From assembly GCF_001194135.2 (NCBI RefSeq), contig NC_068983.1, positions 58,179,171 through 58,217,503 of the forward strand: 38,333 nt of DNA, written 5' to 3'. Made by a program: the position numbers and the translations under genes. The DNA comes from Octopus bimaculoides. Lineage: Eukaryota. The notes beneath the pieces were generated by a model, which saw only the letters and a list, made by a program, of their open reading frames with translations, was not told where the DNA came from and searched no databases. Shown in pieces: positions 1 through 13,409 of the stretch; the first letter of the stretch is position 1; every line of letters begins with the position of its first letter.

Positions 1-41
<41 letters not shown>

Positions 42-56
42 GTATATGTATATATA
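1..56. repeat. (TA)n/(TATG)n microsatellite
   Basis: Direct reading of the sequence. Confidence 0.95.
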
Positions 57-1870
57 TTTGGAGTAGAGAATAAAAAAGTGATGGTCGCGGACTCTTGATT
101 TGCTACCACCACTGCTATGCAGGAGCTGTGACCGATGAGCACATGAAGATGAAGGCCTTGAGTGTGACTTCAGGGCACATAACAAAAGGCCTAATTATTA
201 GAGGACAACCATTTGAAGGAAAGACTTATGCTCTGAAGATCTATTATAATCAGCAAAGTTTATTATTTTCATGATCTTCATGACCCTCCCCATAGTTCTC
301 CAGCTCTCCGCCACCTCCTCTTCTTGCACTTTGTCATCATTATCGTCATTGTCATCATCATCATCATCATCGATTTCTCCTTCTTTCTAAAGTTCGTACG
401 CATGTCACAAGACAAAAACAACTACACACCATATACTCATGATATATTTAATATATTTTACGAAATACATTAACATTAAACTAGATAACATTTGGCATTC
501 AAACAGAAAGATGGTAAGAGTGGAGGAAAATTCAATTTAATAACTCATTTATGTAGTGTTTATAGTTATACTGGAGGTAAACGAATCTTTTGTCTTAGTT
601 ATTTATCGAGAAATGAATACATATATTCTATCAACAGAGTCGTGAATGAAATTTGCTTGACATAGTATATTAAACACACAGCTTTCATTTGTAGTGTTAA
701 GGAATAGAATATTCGTAACACACACTTCTTACCACACTACATCCAACAAACAAGGATACATACATATACAAGCAATGTGTATGTTTGTATATCATATATG
801 CATATGTATGCTTATATATAGATGTGTATGTGTATAGACAGACATTAGAAGAAATGTATATGTGTATGAACACACACAGACATATATGTATGAGCAAATA
901 TGTATACATAGATATATATCTATCCATCCATCAATATATATGTGTTTAGATTATAAATATATATAAGTAATGTATGTATATATAAACACTCATCTATATA
1001 CAAATATATATATATATATATACATACTTATACATATATATGCATACATGGATATATATATANNNNNNNNNNNNNNNNNNNNNNNNNNNNNNNNNNNNNN
1101 NNNNNNNNNNNNNNNNNNNNNNNNNNNNNNNNNNNNNNNNNNNNNNNNNNNNNNNNNNNNNNNNNNNNNNNNNNNNNNNNNNNNNNNNNNNNNNNNNNNN
1201 NNNNNNNNNNNNNNNNNNNNNNNNNNNNNNNNNNNNNNNNNNNNNNNNNNNNNNNNNNNNNNNNNNNNNNNNNNNNNNNNNNNNNNNNNNNNNNNNNNNN
1301 NNNNNNNNNNNNNNNNNNNNNNNNNNNNNNNNNNNNNNNNNNNNNNNNNNNNNNNNNNNNNNNNNNNNNNNNNNNNNNNNNNNNNNNNNNNNNNNNNNNN
1401 NNNNNNNNNNNNNNNNNNNNNNNNNNNNNNNNNNNNNNNNNNNNNNNNNNNNNNNNNNNNNNNNNNNNNNNNNNNNNNNNNNNNNNNNNNNNNNNNNNNN
1501 NNNNNNNNNNNNNNNNNNNNNNNNNNNNNNNNNNNNNNNNNNNNNNNNNNNNNNNNNNNNNNNNNNNNNNNNNNNNNNNNNNNNNNNNNNNNNNNNNNNN
1601 NNNNNNNNNNNNNNNNNNNNNNNNNNNNNNNNNNNNNNNNNNNNNNNNNNNNNNNNNNNNNNNNNNNNNNNNNNNNNNNNNNNNNNNNNNNNNNNNNNNN
1701 NNNNNNNNNNNNNNNNNNNNNNNNNNNNNNNNNNNNNNNNNNNNNNNNNNNNNNNNNNNNNNNNNNNNNNNNNNNNNNNNNNNNNNNNNNNNNNNNNNNN
1801 NNNNNNNNNNNNNNNNNNNNNNNNNNNNNNNNNNNNNNNNNNNNNNNNNNNNNNNNNNNNNNNNNNNNNN

Positions 1871-1908
<38 letters not shown>

Positions 1909-1946
1909 TTTATACATATATGTGTATGTGCAGCTGTGGCTATATA

Positions 1947-2706
1947 GGTGCAGGCATGGCTGTGTGGTAAGAAGCTCACAGAAATGAGCTGGCAGAAATG
2001 TTAGCACATCGGGCAAAATTCTTAGTGGCATTTTGTCTGCTGTTACGTTCTGAGTTCAAATTCCACCGAGGTCAACTTTGCCTTTCATCCTTTCAGGGTC
2101 GATAAATTAAGTACCAGTTATGCACTGGGGTCGATGTAATCGACTTNNNNNNNNNNCGATAAATTAAGTACCAGTTATGCACTGGGGTCGATGTAATCGA
2201 CTTAATTCCTTTGTCTGTCCTTGTTTGTCCCCTCTATGTTTCGCCCCTTGTGGGCAATAAAGAAATAAGAAGCTCGCTTCCCAACCACATGGTCCTGGGT
2301 TCAGTCCCACTGCATGGAACCTTGGGCAAGTGTCTTCTACTATAGCCTCACACTGGCCAAAGCCGTGTGAGTGGATTTCGTAGATGGAAATTGAAAGAAG
2401 CCTGTTGTATATATATGTTTATATATGTGTGTCTGAATGTGCATGTGTGTGTACGTGTGTGCATGTGTGTGTGTGTGTGTCTTTGTGTTTGTTTCCCCAC
2501 CATCAGCTGACAACCGATGTTGGTTTGTTTACATCCCCTGTAAACTAGCAGTTCGGCAAAATAGACTGATAAAATAAGTACTAGGTTTACAAAGAATAAG
2601 TCCTGGGGTTAATTTCTTTGACTAAAAATCCCTTTGAGGTGGTGCCCTAGAATGGCCACAGCCAAAATGACCGAAACAAGTAAAAGAATAGAAGAATAAA
2701 AGAATA
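1947..2706 (+). mobile_element. tRNA-derived composite SINE (family A), interrupted by a nested SINE
   Basis: Head GGTGCAGGCATGGCTGTGTGGTAAG (A-box-like), GGGTTCAGTCCC (B-box-like), CORE-like CCTTGGGCAAGT, internal TA/TG microsatellite, tail ...AAGTAAAAGAATAG. Collinear with the copy at 34922-35350. Confidence 0.9.
1978..2265 (+). mobile_element. SINE family B nested in the family A head
   Basis: GAGCTGGCAGAAATGTTAGC...GTTCTGAGTTCAAATTCC...CATCCTTTCAGGGTCGATAAATTAAGTACCAG. 10-bp TSD TAAGAAGCTC at 1968-1977 and 2266-2275. Confidence 0.9.
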
Positions 2707-4358
2707 TATATATATATATATTTGTGTGCATATGTGTGTATATGTAAAATATATATTACGAGGGGTTTGTCACCCAGTTTTCATTGTGATTCTTTGTGTG
2801 CACACTTGTTTCTGTATGATAACTACTATTAATGCATGTCTATAAGAAAGTAGCATGTACTTCGTAGAATTCTTATCATGGGGATTTAACACTATAAGTA
2901 TTGGTGGTAGAAAATGTCAGATTTGTAAGTCTTACAAAGAATATAAAAAAATCATATCATAAGAGAATAGACTGGAAGTTAAAGCCCTGAAACTGCACTC
3001 TTTAAACGAGAGCATGGGAACAGATTTTGTAGAAGTGAATGACTTTGAGGGACTTTCTATTTTAAAGTTATTATACAAAAGGTACATATTCATATCCTGA
3101 AGTATTTATAGAAATGAAAGCCTTGTTGTTCTTAAAATTTTCAAAGATAACATACTTACAGATCCTGATTCCTCAAATGTTTTAAAGATTTATATTGGGC
3201 AAATAAAATGGAATCCGTCGAAAGCATAATTAATTTTTTTGTACGTTCTCATTTATTTATGTGTAACATTACTGCTATAAAAAGCATATAGAAAAGAATT
3301 GTGTATATACACAAATTTTCTGACCACTTGAAAATCAAATTCTCAAAATCATCATCAAATGAACAAATGTTTATGGAGAATCTGAATGCTGCAATGAAAC
3401 TGTAAAAAGAAGTGGATTTAATGAAGAAAATGTAAGCAAAACATCAGTAACCTCCAGCTGAACAGAGAAAATGGATAGAAGACTGATATAGTCTATAGAT
3501 TTATAGATCATAACTTTCATAACTACAATGTTTTAAAGTTTTACTAAGGAGCTTCCCTTCTAACTAATCAATGCTATAGAAACCTAAACCAAAATATCAT
3601 TAAAATACGTTTATCAAGTACTTCCAATCTTTTACAGCCAATTTTAATAATTAACCACACTGAATTAAGTTTCCATTAGGCAAACCAAAATGTACTTAAT
3701 TGCTATTACACTAGCATGAACTCATGCCCATTGAAATGAGAATTCCCAGATAATAAACTGATATATTGCAAACCAGCTAATATCAACTCCAACAAATCAT
3801 TTTATCGTTCATATATACGAATGACTGCCAATTCCTTTAAAATCGATTTATTCTGCACAAAATGTCTCTTAATTACCCAAATAAGAAACCAAATGCATCA
3901 CACACATATGATTTTTAAAAAACTAACATCCTACAAATCATATTTTGGAAAACTTATCACACACTCTCCCATCAGTATAAATAAAAGAAAAAAACCATGC
4001 CAGCTTTGTACCACGGAGATTATGAAATCTATTTTCAAAACAAACGTAATTTTTTATACATTAATGAACTGTCATCTTTGTACAGACATTGAGTACATCG
4101 CATATTTTATGAAATACTATAAACTCATTATAAATTTCCTTTGTAGATAACCCTTCTCTTGCACACCTTAAAGTCCTTAAATTCCTATGTATTTCATACT
4201 CAATTCACTTTTCTGCCGTCACCTTAAGACAAGGTTTTATGTCTTATAGTCTTCATTTATAGATATATTTATTCGAATCCAGTGTTCATATTATTTGAAT
4301 ACCTTTTATGTAATATGCAAATCTATCAGTGCTCCTAAGCAATCTTCAAGGACTAATA

Positions 4359-4640
4359 TCATCAAACCCCACTATCTCTACTTGCGGCAGAATGTGCACT
4401 AGCATGAGCTAGTTGCCTCCATAGTATTCGAACTTTGGTAGGAGCAGTCAGGAAATCATGTCAAGACCTATCTGTGTTGTGATGTTATCGATCCATCTCT
4501 TAGGTTTCCCACCTCCATTTCTCTTTCTGTTATTTATACCTTCCAAACAGATCATTCTGATACCACAAATGCATCACTTAGTGTGGCCAAGCTTGAGCAC
4601 TTATTTTTGAAAGCAATGCTGATTACTGGTAATTTGGTTA
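4359..4640 (-). mobile_element. RTE-clade LINE, 3' end of ORF2 plus tail (decayed)
   Basis: Minus-strand manual translation LGH...LEGINNRKRNGGGKPKRWIDNI...LWRQLA, ending TGATGAT. Matches the RTE C-terminal GH...EGKR.RGRP..RW.D.I pattern. Confidence 0.8.
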
Positions 4641-4866
4641 TTTGTCTTTGATGGAATGATAGCTTTGAATCATAGAATCAGTCTTGGTTGGACAGCCTTT
4701 GATAAGAACAAAACTGTGCTTACTTCAAAATAGATCCCATACCATGTAAAAATCAAGTACCTCCAACACCTCTCTTCGTTTGCTGCCCTACAGAAACTGG
4801 AAGTTTTTCAGAATAATGTATTGCAACTTATTACAAACACCAAACTCTCAGACCATTTCAGAATTG
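4641..4866 (+). mobile_element. RTE-clade LINE, inverted upstream segment
   Basis: Plus-strand translation HRISLGWTAFDKNKTVLTSK*IPYHVKIKY...QKLEVFQNNVLQLITNTKLSDHFRI, typical of the post-RT region of RTE ORF2. Confidence 0.8.
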
Positions 4867-5696
4867 AAGGACTAATACGTTCATATATTATTTTCACGTA
4901 TATGTACTTTTTGATAATAGATATTTCAAAATGTATAAATTCCAGCATCGGTATTAACTGCAAAAAGCTGTTTTTAAATAGATTATCACTAAGTATATAT
5001 ACTCGTTTACTCACAATACAGTGAAATCCTACCAATTGCACTTGAAAAAGTATATGTGTAAGCATAAATGTGATTCATGTAGAAACTTGTTAAACCTTTT
5101 ATAAAATTTTCTAACGAAAATAACTACATAGAAATATATTATTTAATTATATGAAAGCATCAGTCTGTTTAATACTATCTAATGTAATAATAATAACTTT
5201 GCTAACATAAAAGGGAGATAATTATATATTCGTTTAGTTCGTAATGAAATATTTTGGATGCAAAGATGTTCTTTTTTTTTCTCAAGTACACAGGTGTATT
5301 TTTCTGGTATATAAAAATGTGTTAAGATAGGTTTAACACATGCAAGTATCATCGTGTATATTAAAGAGTTGAGCTTATGTAAACCTCCACATGAGTTTTA
5401 CACTTAGAAACTTTTAAGTGAGTTAAATACACGAGATTTTATATACTAAAACAATCATGAAATATTGTATTTGACTAAAATTATATCTTCCTTTTTAGAC
5501 AGTATGTATGTATGTATGTATGTATGTATGTATCTATACAGGCACTCCGACGATGGTTTACATGATGGAAATTTCAAAGCCACTGTCAATAAATTTTTTG
5601 TTGAATAATAAATTTGTACTCCACAAACTACAGAGTAACCCGTCAGATTAATGAAAAATTGTTTTTATTATTACTGAACATAAAAACAAACATAAA

Positions 5697-5768
<72 letters not shown>

Positions 5769-5827
5769 GTGAAGGCACATTGCTAGTGGTTATGTTAAAT
5801 ATATGAACATCTGTGTATGTATATATT

Positions 5828-6478
5828 ACTGTTTTACTTGTTTCAGTCATTTGACTGCAGCCATGCTGGAGCACCGCCTTTTAGTTGAGAAAATCGACCC
5901 CAGNNNNNNNNNNNNNNNNNNNNNNNNNNNNNNNNNNNNNNNNNNNNNNNNNNNNNNNNNNNNNNNNNNNNNNNNNNNNNNNNNNNNNNNNNNNNNNNNN
6001 NNNNNNNNNNNNNNNNNNNNNNNNNNNNNNNNNNNNNNNNNNNNNNNNNNNNNNNNNNNNNNNNNNNNNNNNNNNNNNNNNNNNNNNNNNNNNNNNNNNN
6101 NNNNNNNNNNNNNNNNNNNNNNNNNNNNNNNNNNNNNNNNNNNNNNNNNNNNNNNNNNNNNNNNNNNNNNNNNNNNNNNNNNNNNNNNNNNNNNNNNNNN
6201 NNNNNNNNNNNNNNNNNNNNNNNNNNNNNNNNNNNNNNNNNNNNNNNNNNNNNNNNNNNNNNNNNNNNNNNNNNNNNNNNNNNNNNNNNNTATATATATA
6301 CATATACATATATACAACAAGCTTCTTTCAGTTTCCATCTACCAAATCCACTCACAAGGCTTTGGTCAGCCCGAGGCGATAGTAGAAGACACTTGCCCAA
6401 GGTGTCATGCAGTGGGACTGAACCCGGAACCATGTGGTTAGTAAGCAAACTACTTATCACACAGCCACTCCTGCACCT
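5828..6478 (-). mobile_element. SINE family A, apparently full length, spanning N-gap 5904-6290
   Basis: Reverse-complement tail at 5828-5903 and head at 6320-6478. Confidence 0.85.
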
Positions 6479-6771
6479 ATGTATATACACTATGCATTTT
6501 ATATGTAGATCTTGAAGTGTGTATCCTAGTAGTTTAGCTGTTACACTCACGGCCATATCGTCGCCTGCTCACTTTCTGGACCAGGTATTTCCAATCAGAC
6601 ATAGCTGTGTGTTGGTGCAGCTCTCTCTCTTCCCCTTCCCCAATCTCACATCTTTGATAATATGCTCAGTCAATGGCGGGAAGGCAGGGTGCACCTGAAG
6701 CAATTATATTCTATCAAATCACACCTCTCTGTGAGTGTTGGCTGAAGGTTTTTATTTTTCAAGCATGTCGA

Positions 6772-6992
6772 ATAATATTGGTTTCGAATTTTTGCTCAAG
6801 GCCAGTAAGTTCAAGGGAGGGGAACCAGTCGTTTACATCGACCCCTAGTGTTTAACTCGTACTTATTTTATTGACACCGAAAGGAAGAAAGGCAAAGTTG
6901 ACCCTGGCAGAATTTGAATTCAGAATATAAGGACAAACAAAATGCTGCTGGGCATTCTGCTTGGGATACTAACAATTTTGCCAGCTCTTCAC
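6772..6992 (-). mobile_element. SINE family B
   Basis: Reverse complement of the family B body (GTACTTATTTTATTGAC...GGCAAAGTTGAC...AATTTGAATTCAGAA). Confidence 0.8.
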
Positions 6993-7255
6993 CATCATGT
7001 AGAGTAAATATTACAACGTTTTTCTGCCTTCTATATTAAATAGACATACTTCTATACCTTGATACTGTGTGGAGGGAGATCTCCATTGAAAGTCCACTGG
7101 TATGAGTAATCTTGGTCATTTAGGTTAAGACTCCTAATTTGGATGGTCATAATTGTGCGGACACCTAGGTGTAGAGAGTATCACAGCTGCATTGTTTACA
7201 AAGGATATGACGTCCAGATCTTGTAGTAACGTAACAACTTTGTTCTTTTGTCTAC

Positions 7256-7286
<31 letters not shown>

Positions 7287-7288
<2 letters not shown>

Positions 7289-7503
7289 TTTCAAATTTTG
7301 GCACAAGGCTAGCAAATTCGGGGGATGGGGTCTACTCAATTACATCTACCCCTGTGCTCAACTGGTACTTATTTTATCAGCCCTGAAAAGATAACAAGTA
7401 AAGCTGAACTCGGTGGAATTGGAACTCAAGACATAACGATTGACAAAATGCCACTGAACATTTAGCCCAGTGGGCTAATGATTCTGCCAAGCTCGCTGTC
7501 TTA
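7287..7503 (-). mobile_element. SINE family B
   Basis: Same motifs as 6772-6992, adjacent to a (GT)n tract. Confidence 0.8.
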
Positions 7504-8529
7504 TTCTTTGGTATGTGGAGTTATATTTTGTTTGTAGGCTATATATGGGAGTTTTGGTTTTAACTTTCAATTTATTCTCTTCTGCTCAGTTTATTTTAAG
7601 CATTACTTGTTCTTAAGATATAAAACTTTGCAGATCTTTACTACCCATACATACATTAACAAACGATTATGTTCAGAATTCTATAAAACCTTTTCCAACC
7701 ACTTATAACAACACATTTAAGTAATAATTAACATACACAAATAAGCACACACATGAATATATTCCTTTACAAGACAGCTGCTTATATAGATAGTCGCTTA
7801 CCAATTTCAACTTTTAAGTAACAACTTTAATGAATTGTAGGTTTGAAGTAGCAATATAAGTAACAAAACTAAATTCTTACATAGTCCTAGTTTACTTACA
7901 ATAAAATAAAACTACTATTTATAGAATATTTTATTCCCTTGCTACATTTATTTAAAAGCTTTTTCAACTCCAAAACAGAAAATTTAATTTGCTACCACAA
8001 TCTAAATGTGGGCCAAAATGACTAAAGTCATTGCACACAAATAAATCTTACCCATTTCTATAAAATTTATTGAAATTTTTTATGTGTAAATATCTATAAA
8101 CTTTATACTGTGTTCCATACATTTGCATGCAAGATTCAAGTTGTGAAAATTGCTATCACACACAAGCCCTTTATACATGTATACATACGTACATACATAC
8201 AGACAGACAAACATATCATCAGCATCATGATCATCATTTAACATCCATTTGCTGATGATGAGCAAAGACTCAGAAACATGTCTCTGGATGCAGGCTTAAC
8301 TGGGTGGGGGCGCTTGTCTCCCCCTTGTAAACATGAAGACACAGGAAATGTGTCAAGGCCGACAGGAAGTGGTGCAGCTTTCTAGGTCTAAACAACAGTA
8401 GTATTATTCCCTTCAGGAGACTGTCACATTAAGTTGACAGTACACAACTACTTCAACGTATTACTATTGCATAATCTCTCTGAGAGATTTAGAAATATAT
8501 TATTTCTAAATCCATTTTCTATGTTGGAA

Positions 8530-8718
8530 TGTTTTGGATGGCTTGTCAGGAGCCAGGATTCATAGTCTTGTTCAGCCTGGTTTCTACACTTAGATGCCAT
8601 TCCTATCACCACTAAATTTAAGAGTACTGTGTGCTTTTACGTAGCACCATCACCAGTGTTTTGTACGTATGTGACAACATCACCAGCGCTCTGTGTGTGG
8701 CATTATTATCAGTGCTTT
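8530..8718 (-). mobile_element. Degenerate RTE 3'UTR-like fragment with a CACCATCACCAGTG minisatellite
   Basis: GGTTTCTACACTTAGATGCCATTCCTA resembles 14800-14830. The minisatellite motif recurs at about 8941-8965 and 9540-9612. Confidence 0.55.
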
Positions 8719-8933
8719 AAGGCAGCGAGCTGCTAGAATCATTAGCACCGTGCAAAATGCTTCATGGTATTTCGTCTGTCACTACATTCTGAGTTCAAAT
8801 TCTACCGAGGTCAACTTTGCATTTTATTCTTTTGGGGTCGATGAAATAAGTACCAGTTACACATTGGTGTCAATGTAATCGACTATCCCCTTCCCTACAA
8901 AATTTCAAGGCCTTGTGCCTAGAATAGAAATAT
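8719..8933 (+). mobile_element. SINE family B with 16-bp TSD
   Basis: TSD TTATTATCAGTGCTTT at 8703-8718 and 8934-8949. Confidence 0.9.
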
Positions 8934-9611
8934 TTATTATCAGTGCTTTGTATGTGACACTTTATGAGGTTGAGTAGGGTGGCTCTGGCCCTGGTGACAT
9001 TATGATTTCCTGATTCCAAAAGAGTCAGGCATAACAGCAAAAAGAAATATGAGAAAAAGAGTTGTAACTGACTGCCACGCTTTATTCAAATACCGAAATG
9101 AACTTAGAGCAAAAAACGGTACATCTTGAATGATTCTGTCAGAAAATATATATATTGGTTTCTCATGCCACCGGAACTTGGTAATATCTGCTTGATGGAA
9201 CACAACAGTGCATCAAAGCTCTCTACTGAATAACTTACCACTTTCCATATTGAGATCCAGACTCAGCTGTGCCTTGCCACCACACTGAAGAATAATGGGA
9301 AAGATTCCCCTTTTCATAGCTGATGGTGGGTTCCAAGGTGTAAACATAATTTGTCCATGCTAGGCTGGTTTGTCATGTGATGGTATGGATAGCACACATA
9401 AAGCCAGAAAGTCTCAATAATCATGTGACCAGGTCATATGACCACTTATAGAAAACACATTGTGTGAGCCAATATTGGGGTATTAAGAGCTAAACAGCTG
9501 AATGGTAAGCATACTTCTGCAGCAACACGATCACCAAAGCTTTGTAAGTGGCACCGTCACCAGTTCGTTGTATGTGACACCATCACCAATGCTTTTTAAG
9601 TGGTACCACCA

Positions 9612-10030
9612 TCATATACATACATATATATATATATATATACATATTTAAGTTGCAATATATGGAATTAAAGAATCCTGTAGTACTCATGAAAAAGTGC
9701 CTAAATGGATCCTTCTACAAGACATATAGAACATATAGTCCAATATAACAGAAAATGATAGGGAGTGTATAATATATTTATGATTTTAAGTTATGAAACA
9801 AGTTGTCATAAAATTAGAATTTACTTATTGTTAAATAAAATTTCATCAAACTATTTCTCTCTCATTTATGATTTTATATGAATCTATATATGAGCTGCAT
9901 GAATATATGTACAATATATATGTATGTGTGTGTATAAATATATATATGTATGTGTGTATATATATATATATTTATATTTATATATACACAGCCTGTATAT
10001 ATATACATATATATATATTCATACACACAC

Positions 10031-10064
<34 letters not shown>

Positions 10065-10270
10065 CTGTGTGTGTATGTATATATGTATGAATATAAGTGT
10101 ACACAACCTGCAAACAAACACACACGCTCACATATACATGCACCTGCATGCACACATATACACACCTACATATATATATAAGTGTAAAGCATTAAACATG
10201 TATGTGTGCATGCACTTATGCAGGTATTTATGTGTGTGTTTACGTACGCATGTATGTGTACATGTGCACA

Positions 10271-10305
<35 letters not shown>

Positions 10306-10564
10306 TACGGCTGCCAATTCATCTGTCTTTCAATATCGCATTATTAATTCCTACACTGATGTGCAATGAGGTGTTCATTCAGAAATACATGAATATCGTA
10401 AACACACACAGAAGCGCAGAGAATAATATTCTGCACTCTCGTTCTATCCATTTATTTGACTCAAGCTCACTTATACCTACATATCCATCTAGGAGTGTCT
10501 TTGATAGATGTCAATCTATCCCAATCTTCCTCTCTCCCTCTCTCCTCCTTGCTCCTACTGCAGT

Positions 10565-10599
<35 letters not shown>

Positions 10600-11893
10600 G
10601 TGTGTTTGTGTATATATATATATATTTGTAAACATATACATGTGTATATACACACACACAAATATATATATATATATACATANNNNNNNNNNNNNNNNNN
10701 NNNNNNNNNNNNNNNNNNNNNNNNNNNNNNNNNNNNNNNNNNNNNNNNNNNNNNNNNNNNNNNNNNNNNNNNNNNNNNNNNNNNNNNNNNNNNNNNNNNN
10801 NNNNNNNNNNNNNNNNNNNNNNNNNNNNNNNNNNNNNNNNNNNNNNNNNNNNNNNNNNNNNNNNNNNNNNNNNNNNNNNNNNNNNNNNNNNNNNNNNNNN
10901 NNNNNNNNNNNNNNNNNNNNNNNNNNNNNNNNNNNNNNNNNNNNNNNNNNNNNNNNNNNNNNNNNNNNNNNNNNNNNNNNNNNNNNNNNNNNNNNNNNNN
11001 NNNNNNNNNNNNNNNNNNNNNNNNNNNNNNNNNNNNNNNNNNNNNNNNNNNNNNNNNNNNNNNNNNNNNNNNNNNNNNNNNNNNNNNNNNNNNNNNNNNN
11101 NNNNNNNNNNNNNNNNNNNNNNNNNNNNNNNNNNNNNNNNNNNNNNNNNNNNNNNNNNNNNNNNNNNNNNNNNNNNNNNNNNNNNNNNNNNNNNNNNNNN
11201 NNNNNNNNNNNNNNNNNNNNNNNNNNNNNNNNNNNNNNNNNNNNNNNNNNNNNNNNNNNNNNNNNNNNNNNNNNNNNNNNNNNNNNNNNNNNNNNNNNNN
11301 NNNNNNNNNNNNNNNNNNNNNNNNNNNNNNNNNNNNNNNNNNNNNNNNNNNNNNNNNNNNNNNNNNNNNNNNNNNNNNNNNNNNNNNNNNNNNNNNNNNN
11401 NNNNNNNNNNNNNNNNNNNNNNNNNNNNNNNNNNNNNNNNNNNNNNNNNNNNNNNNNNNNNNNNNNNNNNNNNNNNNNNNNNTATATATATATATATATA
11501 TATACATTATATAGACATGCATCTATGTGTGTATCCATGTGTATAAGAGGATGCCTGTGTATATGTCTCCATATGTACACCTGTTCTGTGCTTGCCAATC
11601 CTTCTCCCTCTTTGTTGCTTAATATTGCAGTGCAATCATTCGGATGAAATTCTATACCCCCTTATTCTTGAATACATCTTTATGCATGCATATAATTCAT
11701 ATGTGCCCACACGAACAGCCGAGCCCTCACCTACATACAAACATGCACATGCATACACGAACACACACTCACTCATGGATACATGCATGCATACATATAA
11801 ATACATACACACATACATATATACATACAAATACATACATACATATATATATATACATACATATACATATATGCACATATATACCTAAATATA

Positions 11894-11977
<84 letters not shown>

Positions 11978-12144
11978 TATATATATGTGCATATATATAT
12001 ATGAATGTATGTATGTAGGTGGCTTTCACATTCGAGTTTTAATCTATTTATCTACATGTATGTCATTTGTGTATTTATGGAAGTAATAAGTTTTGTGATA
12101 TCACTATTTGCCAATGCTGTGCACTTTGTTCATTATGTGAACTG

Positions 12145-12186
<42 letters not shown>

Positions 12187-12744
12187 CATGCTGCATTTTC
12201 ATTTCTCTCTCTGTCTCCCTTTCTCTCTCTCACTCTCTCTGTCTCTCTCGCCCTTTTTCTATTTATGTATACCTTCATGCATACAAACACACATACATCC
12301 ATATTCAGGCATACAAACACATATGCATACACACACACACCCAGACCCACGCACGTGCACACACACACACACACACAAATAAATTGATTGGAAGATAGCT
12401 AGATGGATAGCCTGATAGATAGATTGATAGATAGAAAGATAGATTGATAGACAAAGAGATAAATATAGTCATATACAAGTATATACACACTTACATGCAG
12501 ACATATATGCATATACACACGCACACGTGTGTGTGTATCTATACTCATGTATGTATATGTGTNNNNNNNNNNNNNNNNNNNNNNNNNNNNNNNNNNNNNN
12601 NNNNNNNNNNNNNNNNNNNNNNNNNNNNNNNNNNNNNNNNNNNNNNNNNNNNNNNNNNNNNNNNNNNNNNNNNNNNNNNNNNNNNNNNNNNNNNNNNNNN
12701 NNNNNNNNNNNNNNNNNNNNNNNNNNNNNNNNNNNNNNNNNNNN

Positions 12745-12781
<37 letters not shown>

Positions 12782-13366
12782 ATAAATACATGCATATATG
12801 TGTGTTATTTAGTTACGTATTTCTGTACACATGAACATATGCGAGTGTACATGCACAAAACAACATAATACAATGATTTGACACATGTGCACATGTACAT
12901 CAAAATGCACATATGAATACATCCGAATAAACGGCATTATACAATTACAAAACACGAAATATGCTTGTAGTCATTGTGCAGATATCCATGTACGCATGTT
13001 TCATATTTGCTTCAAGTTCTATACAAGTATTAAGCATATTTATTTTTACGGGTTTTTTGTATAGCTTAAAAATAATATTTGCCTTTTTCTTCGGCTATTT
13101 TCAGGATCCTGATTCTGTAATATAAGCTATTTCTATTTAAAGTTTTCTATTAATCCTTTTACTATGACTACAGAAATATTTTGCAGTATATTTTAGTAAA
13201 TAACTGCCGTAGAATTTTGCTGTCAAGGTTTATAATATGACAGATGTTATGTACAAGAAATATCTATTCTTCTTCATCTTCTTTTTCATCTGCCTTTGGT
13301 AAACAGCACTCAATTAAATCATATACATATGTGATTTGTGTACATACATACATACATGCATGTATG

Positions 13367-13409
<43 letters not shown>

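Noticed and set aside
2100-2203. 47-bp direct repeat inside SINE B
   Set aside because: Identical copies flank a 10-N gap: unmerged contig overlap.
7150-7260. YVTTRSGR motif suggestive of a Gypsy integrase tail
   Set aside because: Eight residues only; no LTR or other gag/pol signal.
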